Of a stretch of DNA of 64,000 nt, positions 51,314 to 61,926 are shown one piece after another. Every line of letters starts with the position of its first letter. Within the stretch, counting starts at the first letter, position 1. The translations under genes were made by a program, and so were the position numbers. The stretch covers positions 96,001-160,000 of the forward strand of contig CAWJKZ010000010.1 in the NCBI GenBank assembly GCA_963843575.1, in the 5' to 3' direction. The stretch is from an uncultured Acidobacteriota bacterium. Lineage in GTDB: Bacteria; Acidobacteriota; UBA6911. The notes beneath the pieces are model-generated. The model saw only the letters and a list, made by a program, of their open reading frames with translations. It was not told the DNA's origin and searched no databases.

Positions 51314-51807
51314 CGCATGGCGCCCGACAGGAGGGCGTGCCGTTTGATCTGGTGCGCGTGGCAGACGGCCACCGCCAGGGCATCGGCGGCGTCCGGGTCC
51401 GGGGTCTCGGGCAACCGCAGCAGCAGTTGCACCATGGCCTGTACCTGTGCTTTTTCGGCCCTTCCATACCCGACGATCCCATTCTTGATTTCCAGCGGCG
51501 AGTACTCGTAGACCGGGATTTCGTGCTGGGCGGCGACGAGGAGCGCGATGCCCCTGGCATGACCGAGGCGCAAGGCCGATTTCACGTTGACGGCGTGAAA
51601 CACCTCTTCGATGGCCAAGACCTCCGTTTTTTGCTGGTCCAGGATGCGGGACAACTCAAGGTAAATCTTGAGCAGGCGTGTAGGAAACGGGCGGCGTGGC
51701 TGAGTTCGCACGGTACCCCAGACTACGGCCTCGTGGCTCGATCCGTCGCTTTCGATGATGCCGTAGCCGGTATTCTCGCTACCGGGGTCGATCCCCAGGA
51801 TTCGCAT
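51310..51807 (-). CDS. ruvC: Holliday junction resolvase
   Basis: ILGIDPG, AIEEVF, LGHARG, GYGRAEK and DAADALAVA. Confidence 0.94.
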   Translation of the reverse strand: MRILGIDPGSENTGYGIIESDGSSHEAVVWGTVRTQPRRPFPTRLLKIYLELSRILDQQKTEVLAIEEVFHAVNVKSALRLGHARGIALLVAAQHEIPVYEYSPLEIKNGIVGYGRAEKAQVQAMVQLLLRLPETPDPDAADALAVAVCHAHQIKRHALLSGAMR

Positions 51808-51817
51808 CGAGCGGCCG

Positions 51818-52564
51818 TCAGGAAGCTTCCTGGAGCTCCGCCTCGTCGATATCAAAATTCGCCCAGACATTCTGGACGTCTTCGTGCTCTTCGAGGGCTT
51901 CCATGAGCTTCACCATCGTTTGGGCGCTCTTGCCCTCGAGCTTGACGTAGTTCTGGGGCACCATGGAGATCTCGGCGGCCCCGATCGCGATGCCGGCCGC
52001 TTCGAGCGCCGTTTTGACCGCGTCGAAGGCCTCGGGCGAGGAGAGAACTTCGTAGTTGTCCTCGTCCTCCCGCATGTCGTCCGCGCCTGCGCTGAGCGCG
52101 ATGTCGAGCAGCTTTTCTTCGCTGACGGCGGACTTCTCTATTACGAAGTACCCCTTGCGGTCGAACATCCACCCCACGCAACCGGTTTCACCGAGGTTGC
52201 CGCCGTTTTTGGACAGGATGTGCCGGATTTCGGCGACGGTGCGGTTGCGGTTATCCGTCAGGACGTGGACGTAGAGTGCGACGCCTCCCGGCCCGTACCC
52301 CTCGTAGTTGACGTCCTCGTAGGTGATTCCCGGGAGTTCGCCGGTCCCCCGCATGATAGCTCGTTTGATGTTGTCGGCCGGCATGTTGGCTGCCTTCGCG
52401 GTGCTGACCGCGAGCCGCAGCCGCGGATTGGCATCGACGTCTCCGCCCCCGTTGCGCGCCGCAACGGTCATCTCCTTGATCAGACGTGTGAATATGCGAC
52501 CCCGCTTGGAATCGGCTGCGGCCTTCTTGTGCTTGATAGAATGCCATTTGGAATGACCTGACAT
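51818..52564 (-). CDS. yebC: YebC/PmpR-family protein
   Basis: [22 protein letters not shown] and DVQNVWAN. Confidence 0.94.
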   Translation of the reverse strand: MSGHSKWHSIKHKKAAADSKRGRIFTRLIKEMTVAARNGGGDVDANPRLRLAVSTAKAANMPADNIKRAIMRGTGELPGITYEDVNYEGYGPGGVALYVHVLTDNRNRTVAEIRHILSKNGGNLGETGCVGWMFDRKGYFVIEKSAVSEEKLLDIALSAGADDMREDEDNYEVLSSPEAFDAVKTALEAAGIAIGAAEISMVPQNYVKLEGKSAQTMVKLMEALEEHEDVQNVWANFDIDEAELQEAS

Positions 52565-52806
52565 AAAAGACTCCTTTTCGCAGAAATCCACTTATTTTAA
52601 CATATGCGGGCCGACATGGAGTTTCGGAAGTCCGGCGGACCGGCCCCGTACCCCTGGTGGGCGTCAAACGGCTTCTCCAAGTTCGGGTTCGCGGCGGCCG
52701 GCCCGGGTGCGCGATCCGGCACGTTGTGTACCAGGGCCCGAAGCAGATGCCGCAGGATGAACGAGAGCGCTGAATTTTACCCATTCGAGACAGGAACGCA
52801 AGGCAC

Positions 52807-53379
52807 ATGACCCAGGAAGAAGTAATCCTCCTCTTCAAAGAATCCGGAGCGTTGCTGGAGGGCCATTTCAGGCTCACCTCCGGGCTCCACAGCAGCCAGT
52901 ACCTCCAGTGCGCGCTGGTCCTGCAGAACCCGGCGTACGCCGCCCGGCTGGGAAAGGAACTCGCGGAGCGGCTGCTGGAGCTGGCGCCCCCCCCGAATCT
53001 CGTGCTGGCCCCGGCGCTGGGCGGCATCCTGGTCGCCCACGAGGTCGCGCGGGCACTCGGGGTGCGCGGGCTGTTCGCCGAACGGGTTGAGGGCAACCTG
53101 ACCTTGCGCCGCGGCTTCTCGGTCGGTGCGGGTGAACGCTGCTACGTGGTCGAGGACGTCGTGACCACGGGCGGGTCGACCAGGGAGACGGTGGATGTGG
53201 CGCGCCGGCACGGCGGGGTGGTGACGGCGGCCGGGGCGCTGATCGACCGCAGCGGCGGCCGCAGCGATCTTGGGGTGCCGCGCGTTGCCCTGGCTGTGCT
53301 TGACATTCCGACCTACGCGCCCGAAGCCTGTCCGCGGTGTGGGGCCGGCTCGGTTGCGGTCAAACCCGGCAGCCGATGA
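52807..53379 (+). CDS. pyrE: Orotate phosphoribosyltransferase
   Basis: GHFRLTSGLHS and VVEDVVTTGGS. Confidence 0.92.
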   Translation: MTQEEVILLFKESGALLEGHFRLTSGLHSSQYLQCALVLQNPAYAARLGKELAERLLELAPPPNLVLAPALGGILVAHEVARALGVRGLFAERVEGNLTLRRGFSVGAGERCYVVEDVVTTGGSTRETVDVARRHGGVVTAAGALIDRSGGRSDLGVPRVALAVLDIPTYAPEACPRCGAGSVAVKPGSR

Positions 53380-54161
53380 AACGGAATCGCACCCTGCGGC
53401 TGACTGTCGCCTTTGACGGCGGCGGGTACTTCGGCTGGCAGATCCAGAAGGACCAGCCGACCGTCCAGGGCACCCTCGCCGAGGCGATCCGGCGCATCAC
53501 GGGGGAGGCGGTGAAACTGGTGGGGAGTGGACGAACCGACGCCGGTACCCACGCCCGGGCTCTCGTCGCGAGTTTCACGACCACCTCCTCCATCGCCCCG
53601 AGGTCGCTCACCCGGGCGCTGAACAGCGTCCTGCCATCCGACATCCGGGTCCTTGCGGCGCGGCTCGCGCCCGCCTCCTTCGACGCGAGACGTGCCGCGC
53701 GCCGCAAGACATACCGGTACCAGGTTTTTCGTGGGCAGGTGCTCCCCCCGCATCTGGCCCGCGAACACTTCCATTTCCCCTACCCGATCGACCTCGCCGC
53801 CATGGAGGAGGCGACGTCCCTGTTTGTCGGAGAACACGATTTCGCCGCCTTCGCGGCGGCCCCGCGGAAGGCCGCGGCGCGTGAATCGGAAGCCGCCCCC
53901 CGCGACGCACCGGTTCGCGGGACGGTGCGGCAGATCTACCGCTGCCAGCTCAGGAAACGGGGGGCGCGACTGCTACTCACGGTCGAAGGGAATGGTTTCC
54001 TGCACCACATGGTCCGCAACATCGCGGGGACGTTGCTCGAGGTCGGACGCGGTCACCTGAACCTGGACCACGTGCGCGAGCTTTTCCGAGAACGCGACCG
54101 CACGAAGGCGGGCTTCACGGCGCCGGCCCATGGTCTGGTGCTGGTCAGGGTCTCGTATTGA
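53376..54161 (+). CDS. truA: tRNA pseudouridine(38-40) synthase
   Basis: GWQIQ, GSGRTDAGTHA, GFLHHMVR and APAHGL; ATGA overlap with pyrE. Confidence 0.93.
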   Translation: MKRNRTLRLTVAFDGGGYFGWQIQKDQPTVQGTLAEAIRRITGEAVKLVGSGRTDAGTHARALVASFTTTSSIAPRSLTRALNSVLPSDIRVLAARLAPASFDARRAARRKTYRYQVFRGQVLPPHLAREHFHFPYPIDLAAMEEATSLFVGEHDFAAFAAAPRKAAARESEAAPRDAPVRGTVRQIYRCQLRKRGARLLLTVEGNGFLHHMVRNIAGTLLEVGRGHLNLDHVRELFRERDRTKAGFTAPAHGLVLVRVSY

Positions 54162-54216
54162 CCTTTTCGCACGATTTTTTGCTAGGATGTCCCATCGGCT
54201 TCAGGAAGACCCGGCG

Positions 54217-54981
54217 ATGAAAAACGCGACCGAGCTGGCCAAACCCGGCAGCGCCGAGGCTAGGCTGGTAAAGAAGATCGACCCGAGCCGCCTGCCCAGG
54301 CACCTGGCGGTGATCATGGACGGCAACGGCCGGTGGGCGGGGTTGCGCAAGCTCCCACGCGTCGCCGGCCACCGCGCCGGGATAGAATCCGTTCGCGAAA
54401 TCGTCGACGTCTCCGCGCGTCTCGGCCTTCAGGTACTGACCCTGTACGCCTTTTCCGTTGAAAACTGGAAGAGGCCCCGCTCCGAGGTCCGGACCCTGAT
54501 GCGGCTGCTGAAGGAGTACATCCGGCGCGAACTGCACAACCTGCACGGGAACAACATCCGGTTCCGGGCGATCGGCAGGATCCAGGAACTCGAGCTTTCC
54601 GTGCGGCGGGAACTCGAGCACGCGATGCAGGTGACGAGCGACAACAGCGGCATGCTGCTCAACGTGGCGCTGAACTACAGTGGACGGACGGAGATCGTCG
54701 ACACCGTCAACCGGCTCATCGAACAGGTCGGCTCAAACGGCGGCGGGGCGGTCGTGACCGAGCAGGACATCTCGGGCGCGCTGTACACCTCCGGGATCCC
54801 CGACCCCGACCTCCTGATCCGAACCAGCGGGGAGATGAGGGTCAGCAACTTCCTGCTATGGCAGATCGCGTATTCGGAGATCTACGTCACACCCACGTAC
54901 TGGCCCGATTTTCGGCGCAGGGACCTGTTCGAGGCCCTGCTCGACTACCAACGCAGGGACCGGCGCTACGGCGGCATCTGA
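54217..54981 (+). CDS. uppS: Undecaprenyl diphosphate synthase
   Basis: IMDGNGRW, FSVENWKR and IRTSGEMRVSNFLLWQ. Confidence 0.94.
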   Translation: MKNATELAKPGSAEARLVKKIDPSRLPRHLAVIMDGNGRWAGLRKLPRVAGHRAGIESVREIVDVSARLGLQVLTLYAFSVENWKRPRSEVRTLMRLLKEYIRRELHNLHGNNIRFRAIGRIQELELSVRRELEHAMQVTSDNSGMLLNVALNYSGRTEIVDTVNRLIEQVGSNGGGAVVTEQDISGALYTSGIPDPDLLIRTSGEMRVSNFLLWQIAYSEIYVTPTYWPDFRRRDLFEALLDYQRRDRRYGGI

Positions 54982-55007
54982 GGCGCGCGCTCCTCTCGGA
55001 TGGGAAC

Positions 55008-55814
55008 ATGGTCAAGCGTGTGCTCTCCGCACTGCTGCTGATCCCGGCCGTACTCGCCTTCGTCGTGTACGCGCCCCCGCGTCTTTTCCTCGCGGGACTC
55101 GCGGCGGTAGGGGCTCTCTGTCTCTACGAGTACTTCCAGCTGGTCCGGGGCATGGGGCTGGTGGCCCGGCCGTGGTTCGGCACGATCTCGTTCTGGGTGC
55201 TGATGGCCTCCTTCCACGAACAGTGGGTGCCGCCTGAGGCTGCGGCCGCCGGCGTCCTGATTGCGGCTTTCCCGGCCGTCGTCTGGAGCCGCGATCCCGT
55301 TCGCGAGAACGTTTTGAGCCTGATGGCGACTCTGTTCGGTGTGTTTTATGCCGCGCTCTCCCTTTACCCGGCGGTTCCGGTGCGCTTCAATCCTGGCGCA
55401 CCGTCGGGCTTGCACTGGATCATGATCCTGCTTGCGGTGCTCTGGGCGGGCGACACGGCGGCCCTCCTGGTCGGCCGCAGTTTGGGTCGCACCCCGTTCG
55501 CTCCCCGGATCAGTCCAAAGAAGACGAACGAAGGGGCGATCGGTGGCCTGCTGGCCGGTACCCTCGCGGCCCTCCTGCTGCAGGTGTTCGTATTCCCCGA
55601 TCTGCCTCTCGGCCACGTCGTCGCCGTGTCCCTTCTGCTGGGGGCCTTCGGGCAACTCGGCGACCTCGCGGAATCGTCGCTGAAACGTGCGGCCCAGGTC
55701 AAAGACAGTTCCCATCTGATTCCCGGTCACGGCGGCGTGCTCGACCGCATCGACAGCCTGATGTTCGCCTTCCCCGTACTCTACCTTTACCTTCTCCTGT
55801 TCAATCCGCGCTGA
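55008..55814 (+). CDS. cdsA: Phosphatidate cytidylyltransferase
   Basis: SPKKT.EG and GDLAESSLKR...KDSS.LIPGHGGVLDRIDS. Confidence 0.93.
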   Translation: MVKRVLSALLLIPAVLAFVVYAPPRLFLAGLAAVGALCLYEYFQLVRGMGLVARPWFGTISFWVLMASFHEQWVPPEAAAAGVLIAAFPAVVWSRDPVRENVLSLMATLFGVFYAALSLYPAVPVRFNPGAPSGLHWIMILLAVLWAGDTAALLVGRSLGRTPFAPRISPKKTNEGAIGGLLAGTLAALLLQVFVFPDLPLGHVVAVSLLLGAFGQLGDLAESSLKRAAQVKDSSHLIPGHGGVLDRIDSLMFAFPVLYLYLLLFNPR

Positions 55815-55904
55815 CGGCGCCGCCGACGGGACGGGCCAAATGTTCGTGGCGTTGGCAGGCGCGATCCGATAATATTTGGGACTTACCGAGCTTGAAGGCA
55901 CTGC

Positions 55905-57092
55905 ATGAAAGCGATTTCGCTCCTGGGATCGACGGGATCGATCGGCACCAATACCCTCAGAGTCACGTCGAGTTTCCCGGAGGTGTTCCGGATCGTTGGC
56001 CTGGCCGCCGGCAGGAACGTCGCCCTCCTGGCCGAGCAGGTCGAACAGTTCCTGCCCCAGATTGTTTCCTGCAGCACCGAGAAGTCGTCGAAGGAGCTGC
56101 AGTCGCTGCTGAGGGAGCGCGGGTTCGCCATGTCGAAGACCCGCTTTGTCTCCGGCGTGGAGGGCCACGTCGAGGTGTCGTGCCATCCGGAGGCGACGGC
56201 CGTTCTGTCCGCTATCACCGGGGCCGCCGGGCTGTTGCCCACCTACCGGGCCCTTGAGAGGGGTAAGAGCGTAGCCTTGGCCAACAAGGAGACGCTGGTC
56301 ATGGCGGGCCAGCTTATGATGGCGCAGGCGCGCGCCCACGGGGTGGAGATTCTCCCGGTCGACAGCGAGCACAACGCCATTCACCAGTGCCTCAGGGGCG
56401 GGGAACACCGCGAGGTGCGCAGGCTGATTCTGACCGCTTCGGGGGGACCGTTCAGGGCATTGTCCAAGGAACAGCTCCTCTCGGTCACACGCGAGCAGGC
56501 GCTGAATCACCCGACCTGGCGCATGGGCCGCAAGATCACGATCGATTCCGCCACCCTGATGAACAAAGGGCTCGAGGTGATCGAAGCCTCGTGGCTGTTC
56601 GGATTCCGGCCCGAAGGCATCGACGTCGTGGTGCACCCGCAGAGCATCGTCCACTCGATGGTGGAATTCGTGGACGGGTCGGTTCTGGCCCAACTCGGCC
56701 TGACCGACATGAGGGTCGCCATTCAATACGCGCTCACCTACCCGGAACGGTGGCGCTCTCCCCTGCCGGGGCTGGATCTGTCCAAGCTCGCGAAGCTGGA
56801 ATTCTTTGCGCCCGACCTGGAAAAGTTCCAGTGCCTGAACCTGGCGTATCGCGCACTGCGCTCCGGAGGCACGGCGCCCGCGGTTCTCAACGCCGCCAAC
56901 GAGGTGGTCGTGGAAGCATTCCTCGAAAACGGCATCCCCTTTCACCAGATCCCCGGGATCATCGAATCGGTGCTCGACGCACATTCACCCCAGGACGCCT
57001 CGTCGATCGAGGCGGTTCTTGGTGCCGATGCCTGGGCCCGCAACGAAGCGCGCCATTATGCCGCAACCGCATCGTCCGCACATGGCCGCTGA
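55905..57092 (+). CDS. dxr: 1-deoxy-D-xylulose-5-phosphate reductoisomerase
   Basis: LGSTGSIG, LANKE, PVDSEH, HPTWRMG, NKGLEVIEA and NAANE. Confidence 0.96.
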   Translation: MKAISLLGSTGSIGTNTLRVTSSFPEVFRIVGLAAGRNVALLAEQVEQFLPQIVSCSTEKSSKELQSLLRERGFAMSKTRFVSGVEGHVEVSCHPEATAVLSAITGAAGLLPTYRALERGKSVALANKETLVMAGQLMMAQARAHGVEILPVDSEHNAIHQCLRGGEHREVRRLILTASGGPFRALSKEQLLSVTREQALNHPTWRMGRKITIDSATLMNKGLEVIEASWLFGFRPEGIDVVVHPQSIVHSMVEFVDGSVLAQLGLTDMRVAIQYALTYPERWRSPLPGLDLSKLAKLEFFAPDLEKFQCLNLAYRALRSGGTAPAVLNAANEVVVEAFLENGIPFHQIPGIIESVLDAHSPQDASSIEAVLGADAWARNEARHYAATASSAHGR

Positions 57093-57187
57093 AAACGCCC
57101 GCGGATCTCGGCGCCCCCGGCCCGCTGCATTTGTTCTTTCCCGGTGTTTGAGGCATCATAATATCGGGTGGAGGTGATTCGCGACTC

Positions 57188-58570
57188 ATGCTCCTGACTA
57201 TCTTAGCGTTCATCGTAGTGCTCGGGATCACCATCACGATCCATGAGTTCGGGCATTTCGCCATGGCCAAGCTGCTGAAGATCCGGGTCGTGGTGTTCTC
57301 GATCGGGTTCGGCCCGCGCCTCGTCGGTTTCACGCGCGGGGGGACCGAGTACCGGTTGAGTCCATTCCCGCTGGGCGGCTATGTGAAGATGGCGGGCGAG
57401 ACTTTCGACGAAGAGCGCCAGGGGGCTCCCGACGAGTTCCTGTCCCACCCCAAGTGGCACCGGTTCCTCGTCGCGATAGCCGGCCCGTCAATGAACATCC
57501 TGCTGGCAATCGCCATCGTTTCGGTATCGTACATGCAGGGGATGTACGTGCCCCGGTACCACAAAGAACCGGCGCTCGTCGGGCCGGTCGTGGCCAACTC
57601 CAGCGCCCGCAGGGCCGGGCTACAGACCGGGGATCTCGTCCTCTCGGTGCGCGGCAACGGGGTGAAGACATGGGAGGACATGGAGATCGCGCTGGCAACC
57701 GCCCCGCGTGACACGCTGGACATGGTCGTCGAACGCCAGGGGCGGCGCATCCTGATTCACTTCGATGCGCCGAACTCCGCCAACGTCGATCCGGGCAACC
57801 TCGGGTTTAAATTCTCCATACCCCGCACCATCGTGGCAAGCGTCGACCGGAGCTCGCCGGCCAAGGCCGCCGGGCTCCGTCCCGGTGATGAAATCCTCGC
57901 GGTGCGCGGCGCGGGAATGAGCGGCCACAGCTACGACGAGATCCTCAACATTATCTCCGAGAGCAAGGGCATCCCGCTGGCGTTTGAGGTCTTCCGCCCG
58001 AGCGAGCCGCTCAAACCGGGCGGAAACTGGGATAGCAGGGCCGAACCGTCGTCCGGCGAAATCGTTCAGCTGACGATCACACCGATCGAGACCGAAAAGG
58101 ACCGGGTCATCATCGGTTTCGTGCCGGAGATCCCCGCGGACCTCGAGAAGTTCGGGTTGGGTGGGGCCATCGCTCAGTCGGTGCGCCGCAATTACGAGAT
58201 GTCGGCGCTGACCTTCAAGATCATCGGCAGGATCTTCACCGGCTCGGCCTCGGTCAAGACGATTTCCGGGCCGCTCGAGATCGCACGCATATCCGGAAGC
58301 GCTGCCCGTACGGGCAGCGCTTTGGTTTTCTTCGGATTTCTTGGACTGGTAAGCCTTCAGCTCGGGGTTTTCAACCTGCTTCCGATCCCGATTCTCGACG
58401 GCGGGGTTATCGCCCTCCTCGTCATCGAGAGCGTCATCGGACGGGACCTGAGCCTCGGCATAAAGGAGAAGATCGTCCAGGTGGGGTTCGTCTTCCTGAT
58501 TCTCCTCATGGGCTTTGTTGTATTCAACGACCTGTCGAAGCTGGTCGATTTCGACAAGATCTTCCGCTAG
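57188..58570 (+). CDS. rseP: RIP metalloprotease RseP with two PDZ domains
   Basis: [13 protein letters not shown] and [11 protein letters not shown]. Confidence 0.93.
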   Translation: MLLTILAFIVVLGITITIHEFGHFAMAKLLKIRVVVFSIGFGPRLVGFTRGGTEYRLSPFPLGGYVKMAGETFDEERQGAPDEFLSHPKWHRFLVAIAGPSMNILLAIAIVSVSYMQGMYVPRYHKEPALVGPVVANSSARRAGLQTGDLVLSVRGNGVKTWEDMEIALATAPRDTLDMVVERQGRRILIHFDAPNSANVDPGNLGFKFSIPRTIVASVDRSSPAKAAGLRPGDEILAVRGAGMSGHSYDEILNIISESKGIPLAFEVFRPSEPLKPGGNWDSRAEPSSGEIVQLTITPIETEKDRVIIGFVPEIPADLEKFGLGGAIAQSVRRNYEMSALTFKIIGRIFTGSASVKTISGPLEIARISGSAARTGSALVFFGFLGLVSLQLGVFNLLPIPILDGGVIALLVIESVIGRDLSLGIKEKIVQVGFVFLILLMGFVVFNDLSKLVDFDKIFR

Positions 58571-58902
58571 AAGCTGGACAGTGCCGCAGCCTCGTTGTCA
58601 TAGACCTGGAAGACGGTCAGCAGCTTGGTGATGGCTAGCAGCTCCTGGATTTTATTGGTCAGGTTCAGGAGTTTCAGCTGCCCGCCCTTGTTCGTCACCG
58701 TCGTGTAGGTGCTGACCAGTTCGCCGATCCCGGAACTGTCGATGTAGTTCACGTCGGCCAGGTTCAGAATGATCTTCTTGCCGCCGTTTGCCAGCACTTC
58801 ACGAACGGTATTGCGAATGGCCATTGTCCCCTCGCCAAGGGTGATCTTGCCGCTGCAATCCAGGATGTTCACGTCGCCAACCATCCGAGCATCGATCTTC
58901 AT
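58567..58902 (-). CDS. STAS anti-sigma factor antagonist (RsbV/SpoIIAA-like)
   Basis: [11 protein letters not shown] phospho-Ser motif; 111 aa; AGGAG RBS. Confidence 0.92.
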   Translation of the reverse strand: MKIDARMVGDVNILDCSGKITLGEGTMAIRNTVREVLANGGKKIILNLADVNYIDSSGIGELVSTYTTVTNKGGQLKLLNLTNKIQELLAITKLLTVFQVYDNEAAALSSF

Positions 58903-58912
58903 TTTTCTCTCC

Positions 58913-59341
58913 TTAATTTGAAGACACCTTCTTCACCATGTGCACTTCCATGCCCCCGTGCGAGAGCGGCTTGAACTCGACCACGTCCATGAAGGAACGG
59001 ATGTAGAAAATACCACGACCGCTGGGCTTGAGCAGGTTTTCGGGGTCCAGCGGATTCGGCAGATCGTCTACCAGGAAGCCGGCCCCCTGATCTTTCACCG
59101 AAATGTCCAGGTGATCCGGCGCAACCTCAAACCGGATGTCGACTTTCTTGCCCTGGTCCAGTTTGTTCCCGTGTTGAATGGCGTTGGTAACGGATTCCCG
59201 GACGGACATGCCGATCCAGTGGGCTGTGTCGTCGTCGAAGCCCATGAAACTGGTTATACAGTCAGTCAGCGTCTGCACCAGATCGAGGTATTCAAGCGCG
59301 CTGCCAATGCTTACCTCGATCCTGTTGGCAATCGTATTCAT
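58913..59341 (-). CDS. Anti-sigma factor / Ser kinase (RsbW/SpoIIAB-like)
   Basis: [17 protein letters not shown] and SGRGIF..RSFMD. Confidence 0.9.
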   Translation of the reverse strand: MNTIANRIEVSIGSALEYLDLVQTLTDCITSFMGFDDDTAHWIGMSVRESVTNAIQHGNKLDQGKKVDIRFEVAPDHLDISVKDQGAGFLVDDLPNPLDPENLLKPSGRGIFYIRSFMDVVEFKPLSHGGMEVHMVKKVSSN

Positions 59342-59462
59342 CCGGTGGCAATCAACTGGATCGGTAACAACGTCAACGGGGAGCGTTCTCGGAACGCCGC
59401 GCGTCATCTTAATCGGCTATCTTCAAGCGTGTCAAGGGAAACAACCGCAGCCCCAAGACACG

Positions 59463-59981
59463 TCAAATCTCGGTCGGCTGGGTTGTCCCGACGATGCCGG
59501 GGGCACGTCGGTAGTCCTTCTTCGTGACCCCGGACTTGCGCAGGATCAACTCCGGCTGCCCGACACCCGAGGCATCCGGCACCTCGCCGACTTTCCGATA
59601 CCCGAGCCTCTCGAAAAAGCGCTGGGCGGGTTCGTTCGAAGCACCGATGGAAACGAAGATGTTCGGACTTCTGCCGAAGACTTTTCTCTCGACGAATCCC
59701 ATCAGCTGCCGTCCGATGCCGTGACGTCGCTTGTCCTGGCGGACGGCGATGAAGCGCACGCATCCTCCGTCCGCGATCACCGGATCGGGGATGAAGCACG
59801 CGATGCCCGTCGGGACAGAGTCCTCCTCCGCGATGAACGTGTCTCCGCGGCCCACGGCATTTTCGAGAATCCGGCGGAGGTTGTCCTCGCTGTATCCCCG
59901 AGAAATCCAGGGGTCGCTGCAGGCGAGGATCTCGAGGCTCCGAGGAACATCGCTTTCCGTGATCTCACGTATCCTGGCCAT
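59463..59981 (-). CDS. GNAT-family N-acetyltransferase
   Basis: RRHGIGRQL acetyl-CoA motif and N..AQRFFERLGY; GGAGGA RBS. Confidence 0.85.
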   Translation of the reverse strand: MARIREITESDVPRSLEILACSDPWISRGYSEDNLRRILENAVGRGDTFIAEEDSVPTGIACFIPDPVIADGGCVRFIAVRQDKRRHGIGRQLMGFVERKVFGRSPNIFVSIGASNEPAQRFFERLGYRKVGEVPDASGVGQPELILRKSGVTKKDYRRAPGIVGTTQPTEI

Positions 59982-60230
59982 CTGTTCCTCCGACCGTTGT
60001 CGTGGGACGGGGCATCGCGGGCGCGCACTGGGGAGCCTACGCCAGCCTCGCGCACAAATTTAATGCCAAACCAGGCAATGTTCAACTCTTAAGGTGCGCC
60101 GTGTCGAAACCTGTGAGCGAGCGCTCCAACAGTGGCCCTCGCGCGCGCCACAGGTCCAAAGGAAATTTTATTGGATCGGCACCATCTCGCCCCAGCCCCG
60201 GAGATCCATACAGTGCCTCCAGCGCTCCAA

Positions 60231-60262
60231 GGGGGGCGGCTCGCAATCGACGACCGCCCCCC
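60231..60262. terminator. GC hairpin downstream of the small ORF
   Basis: GGGGGGCGG(C)TCG / CGACCGCCCCCC stem; no U-tract. Confidence 0.35.
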
Positions 60263-60278
60263 CTCCAGGCTGCCGTTG

Positions 60279-60395
60279 CTACTTCTGACTCTCGTTGTTC
60301 GTCTTGGCGGATTTCTTGCTCGTACGGTTCAGGAGAAACAGGCCCACCAGGGCCGCGACCGTAAGCACAACAACTATCATGTTATCAAACGTCAT
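60279..60395 (-). CDS. 38-aa single-TM small protein (below the ORF-track cutoff)
   Basis: MTFDNMIVVVLTVAALVGLFLLNRTSKKSAKTNNESQK; GGGGGAG RBS upstream. Confidence 0.6.
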   Translation of the reverse strand: MTFDNMIVVVLTVAALVGLFLLNRTSKKSAKTNNESQK

Positions 60396-60445
60396 GGACA
60401 CAACTCCCCCGATTTTGCGATCTGCGGAAAGAAAATCTCACCGGA

Positions 60446-60799
60446 CTAAGGGCGCGGGTCGGCTGGGGGCGAGCGGGGAGAGGGACCACCGAAATCGAGA
60501 AGCCCGGGGGAGGTCTCCGGGCCGCTGTCCTCCAGCGGTCGAAAAGAACCGGGTTCCGGTTCGGGCAAGCGACCGGCGAGGAAGAGCAGCAGAAGCTGCG
60601 GCCCGCGGTCGGGGCGGTCCTGTGCGGTCGCCAGGCCGGGATAGGCCACATCCATCCGGGCGTACGATGGCGAAGCGCCGCCCAGGTCGCCGCCGCCCGG
60701 CCCGGTGAAGAGGCACACGGGCAGCAGCAGCAGCCCTGCGATCAGCGCGCTGCCCACGAAGGCCCTGAAGGCCGCTGCTTCGGTCGACGGAATTCTCAC
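60446..60799 (-). CDS. Hypothetical membrane-anchored Pro-rich protein ending near RSPP (start uncertain)
   Basis: Hydrophobic FVGSALIAGLLLLPVCLF, low-complexity linker and C-terminal PSPRSPPADPRP. Confidence 0.4.
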   Translation of the reverse strand: MRIPSTEAAAFRAFVGSALIAGLLLLPVCLFTGPGGGDLGGASPSYARMDVAYPGLATAQDRPDRGPQLLLLFLAGRLPEPEPGSFRPLEDSGPETSPGLLDFGGPSPRSPPADPRP

Positions 60800-61043
60800 A
60801 GCGGCCAAAGTGTACCTCAGCCCGGCACAGAGCCACAACCCCATAGGGAACAACCCGCGCGCCCCGCGAAGGGCCGCTGCGCCCGTCCGAAGGCGATCTC
60901 CTGAGCAAAAGACAGTCTGAGCCTCGACCTCCCGGCCTCTCCTCCGGCACGAAACCCGGTGTGCGGGCGCCGGAGCCAATTCTCAGCATTGTCGGGGTCT
61001 TTCCGCTATAATGCAGCGCGGTTTTCAAGAGGGAGAACTGATC

Positions 61044-61793
61044 GTGACAACTAATCTGGTACTGATCCGGCACGGGCAGAGCACGTGGAACCTGGAGAAC
61101 CGATTCACCGGGTGGACCGACGTGGACCTGACCGACCAGGGCCGCAACGAGGCGATCCTCGGCGGCAAGCTTCTGCGAGAACAGGGATTTACCTTCGATG
61201 TCGCCTACACTTCCGTGTTGCGGCGCGCCATCAAGACGCTTTGGCTGGTCATGGAAGAGACCGGTCTCGAGTGGATCCCGGTAACCCGGGCCTGGCAGCT
61301 GAATGAGCGCCACTATGGAGCCCTCCAGGGCCTGAACAAGTCTGAAATGGCGGCGAAATACGGCGAGGAGCAGGTCAAGATCTGGCGCCGCAGCTACGAC
61401 GTGCCACCCCCGCTCCTGGACCCGGACGACGAACGGCACCCACGGTTCGACAGGCGCTACGCGGCGTTGCGGCCCGAGGAACTGCCCCGAGCCGAATCGC
61501 TGAAGCTGACCGTGGAGCGCATGCTCCCATACTGGCACAGCACGATTGCTCCCGTCGTCAAGACCGGGCAACGGGTGCTCATCGTCGCCCACGGAAACAG
61601 CCTGAGGGCGCTGGTCAAGTACCTGGACGGCGTCTCCGACAAGGAGATTGTCAGCCTCAACATACCGACGGGCATCCCGCTAGTCTACGAACTCGATCCC
61701 GACCTGAAACCGCTCAGACACTATTATCTGGGGGACGAGGAGGCGGTGCGCAAAGCGATGGAAGTGGTCGCGGCGCAGGGCAAGGCCAAGTAG
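61044..61793 (+). CDS. gpmA: 2,3-bisphosphoglycerate-dependent phosphoglycerate mutase
   Basis: [24 protein letters not shown] and NIPTGIP. Confidence 0.95.
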   Translation: MTTNLVLIRHGQSTWNLENRFTGWTDVDLTDQGRNEAILGGKLLREQGFTFDVAYTSVLRRAIKTLWLVMEETGLEWIPVTRAWQLNERHYGALQGLNKSEMAAKYGEEQVKIWRRSYDVPPPLLDPDDERHPRFDRRYAALRPEELPRAESLKLTVERMLPYWHSTIAPVVKTGQRVLIVAHGNSLRALVKYLDGVSDKEIVSLNIPTGIPLVYELDPDLKPLRHYYLGDEEAVRKAMEVVAAQGKAK

Positions 61794-61926
61794 GAAGCCG
61801 GGAGCCCTCTTTCATTGGTGCGATTTCGCGGACGGGGGCAGATACCGCCCAGTCGGGGCGATGATGCGCGGGATAGTTCGCGAGCCGAAAGCCGGTCGCT
61901 GAACGGTCCGGCCACGCCGCGTTTTA

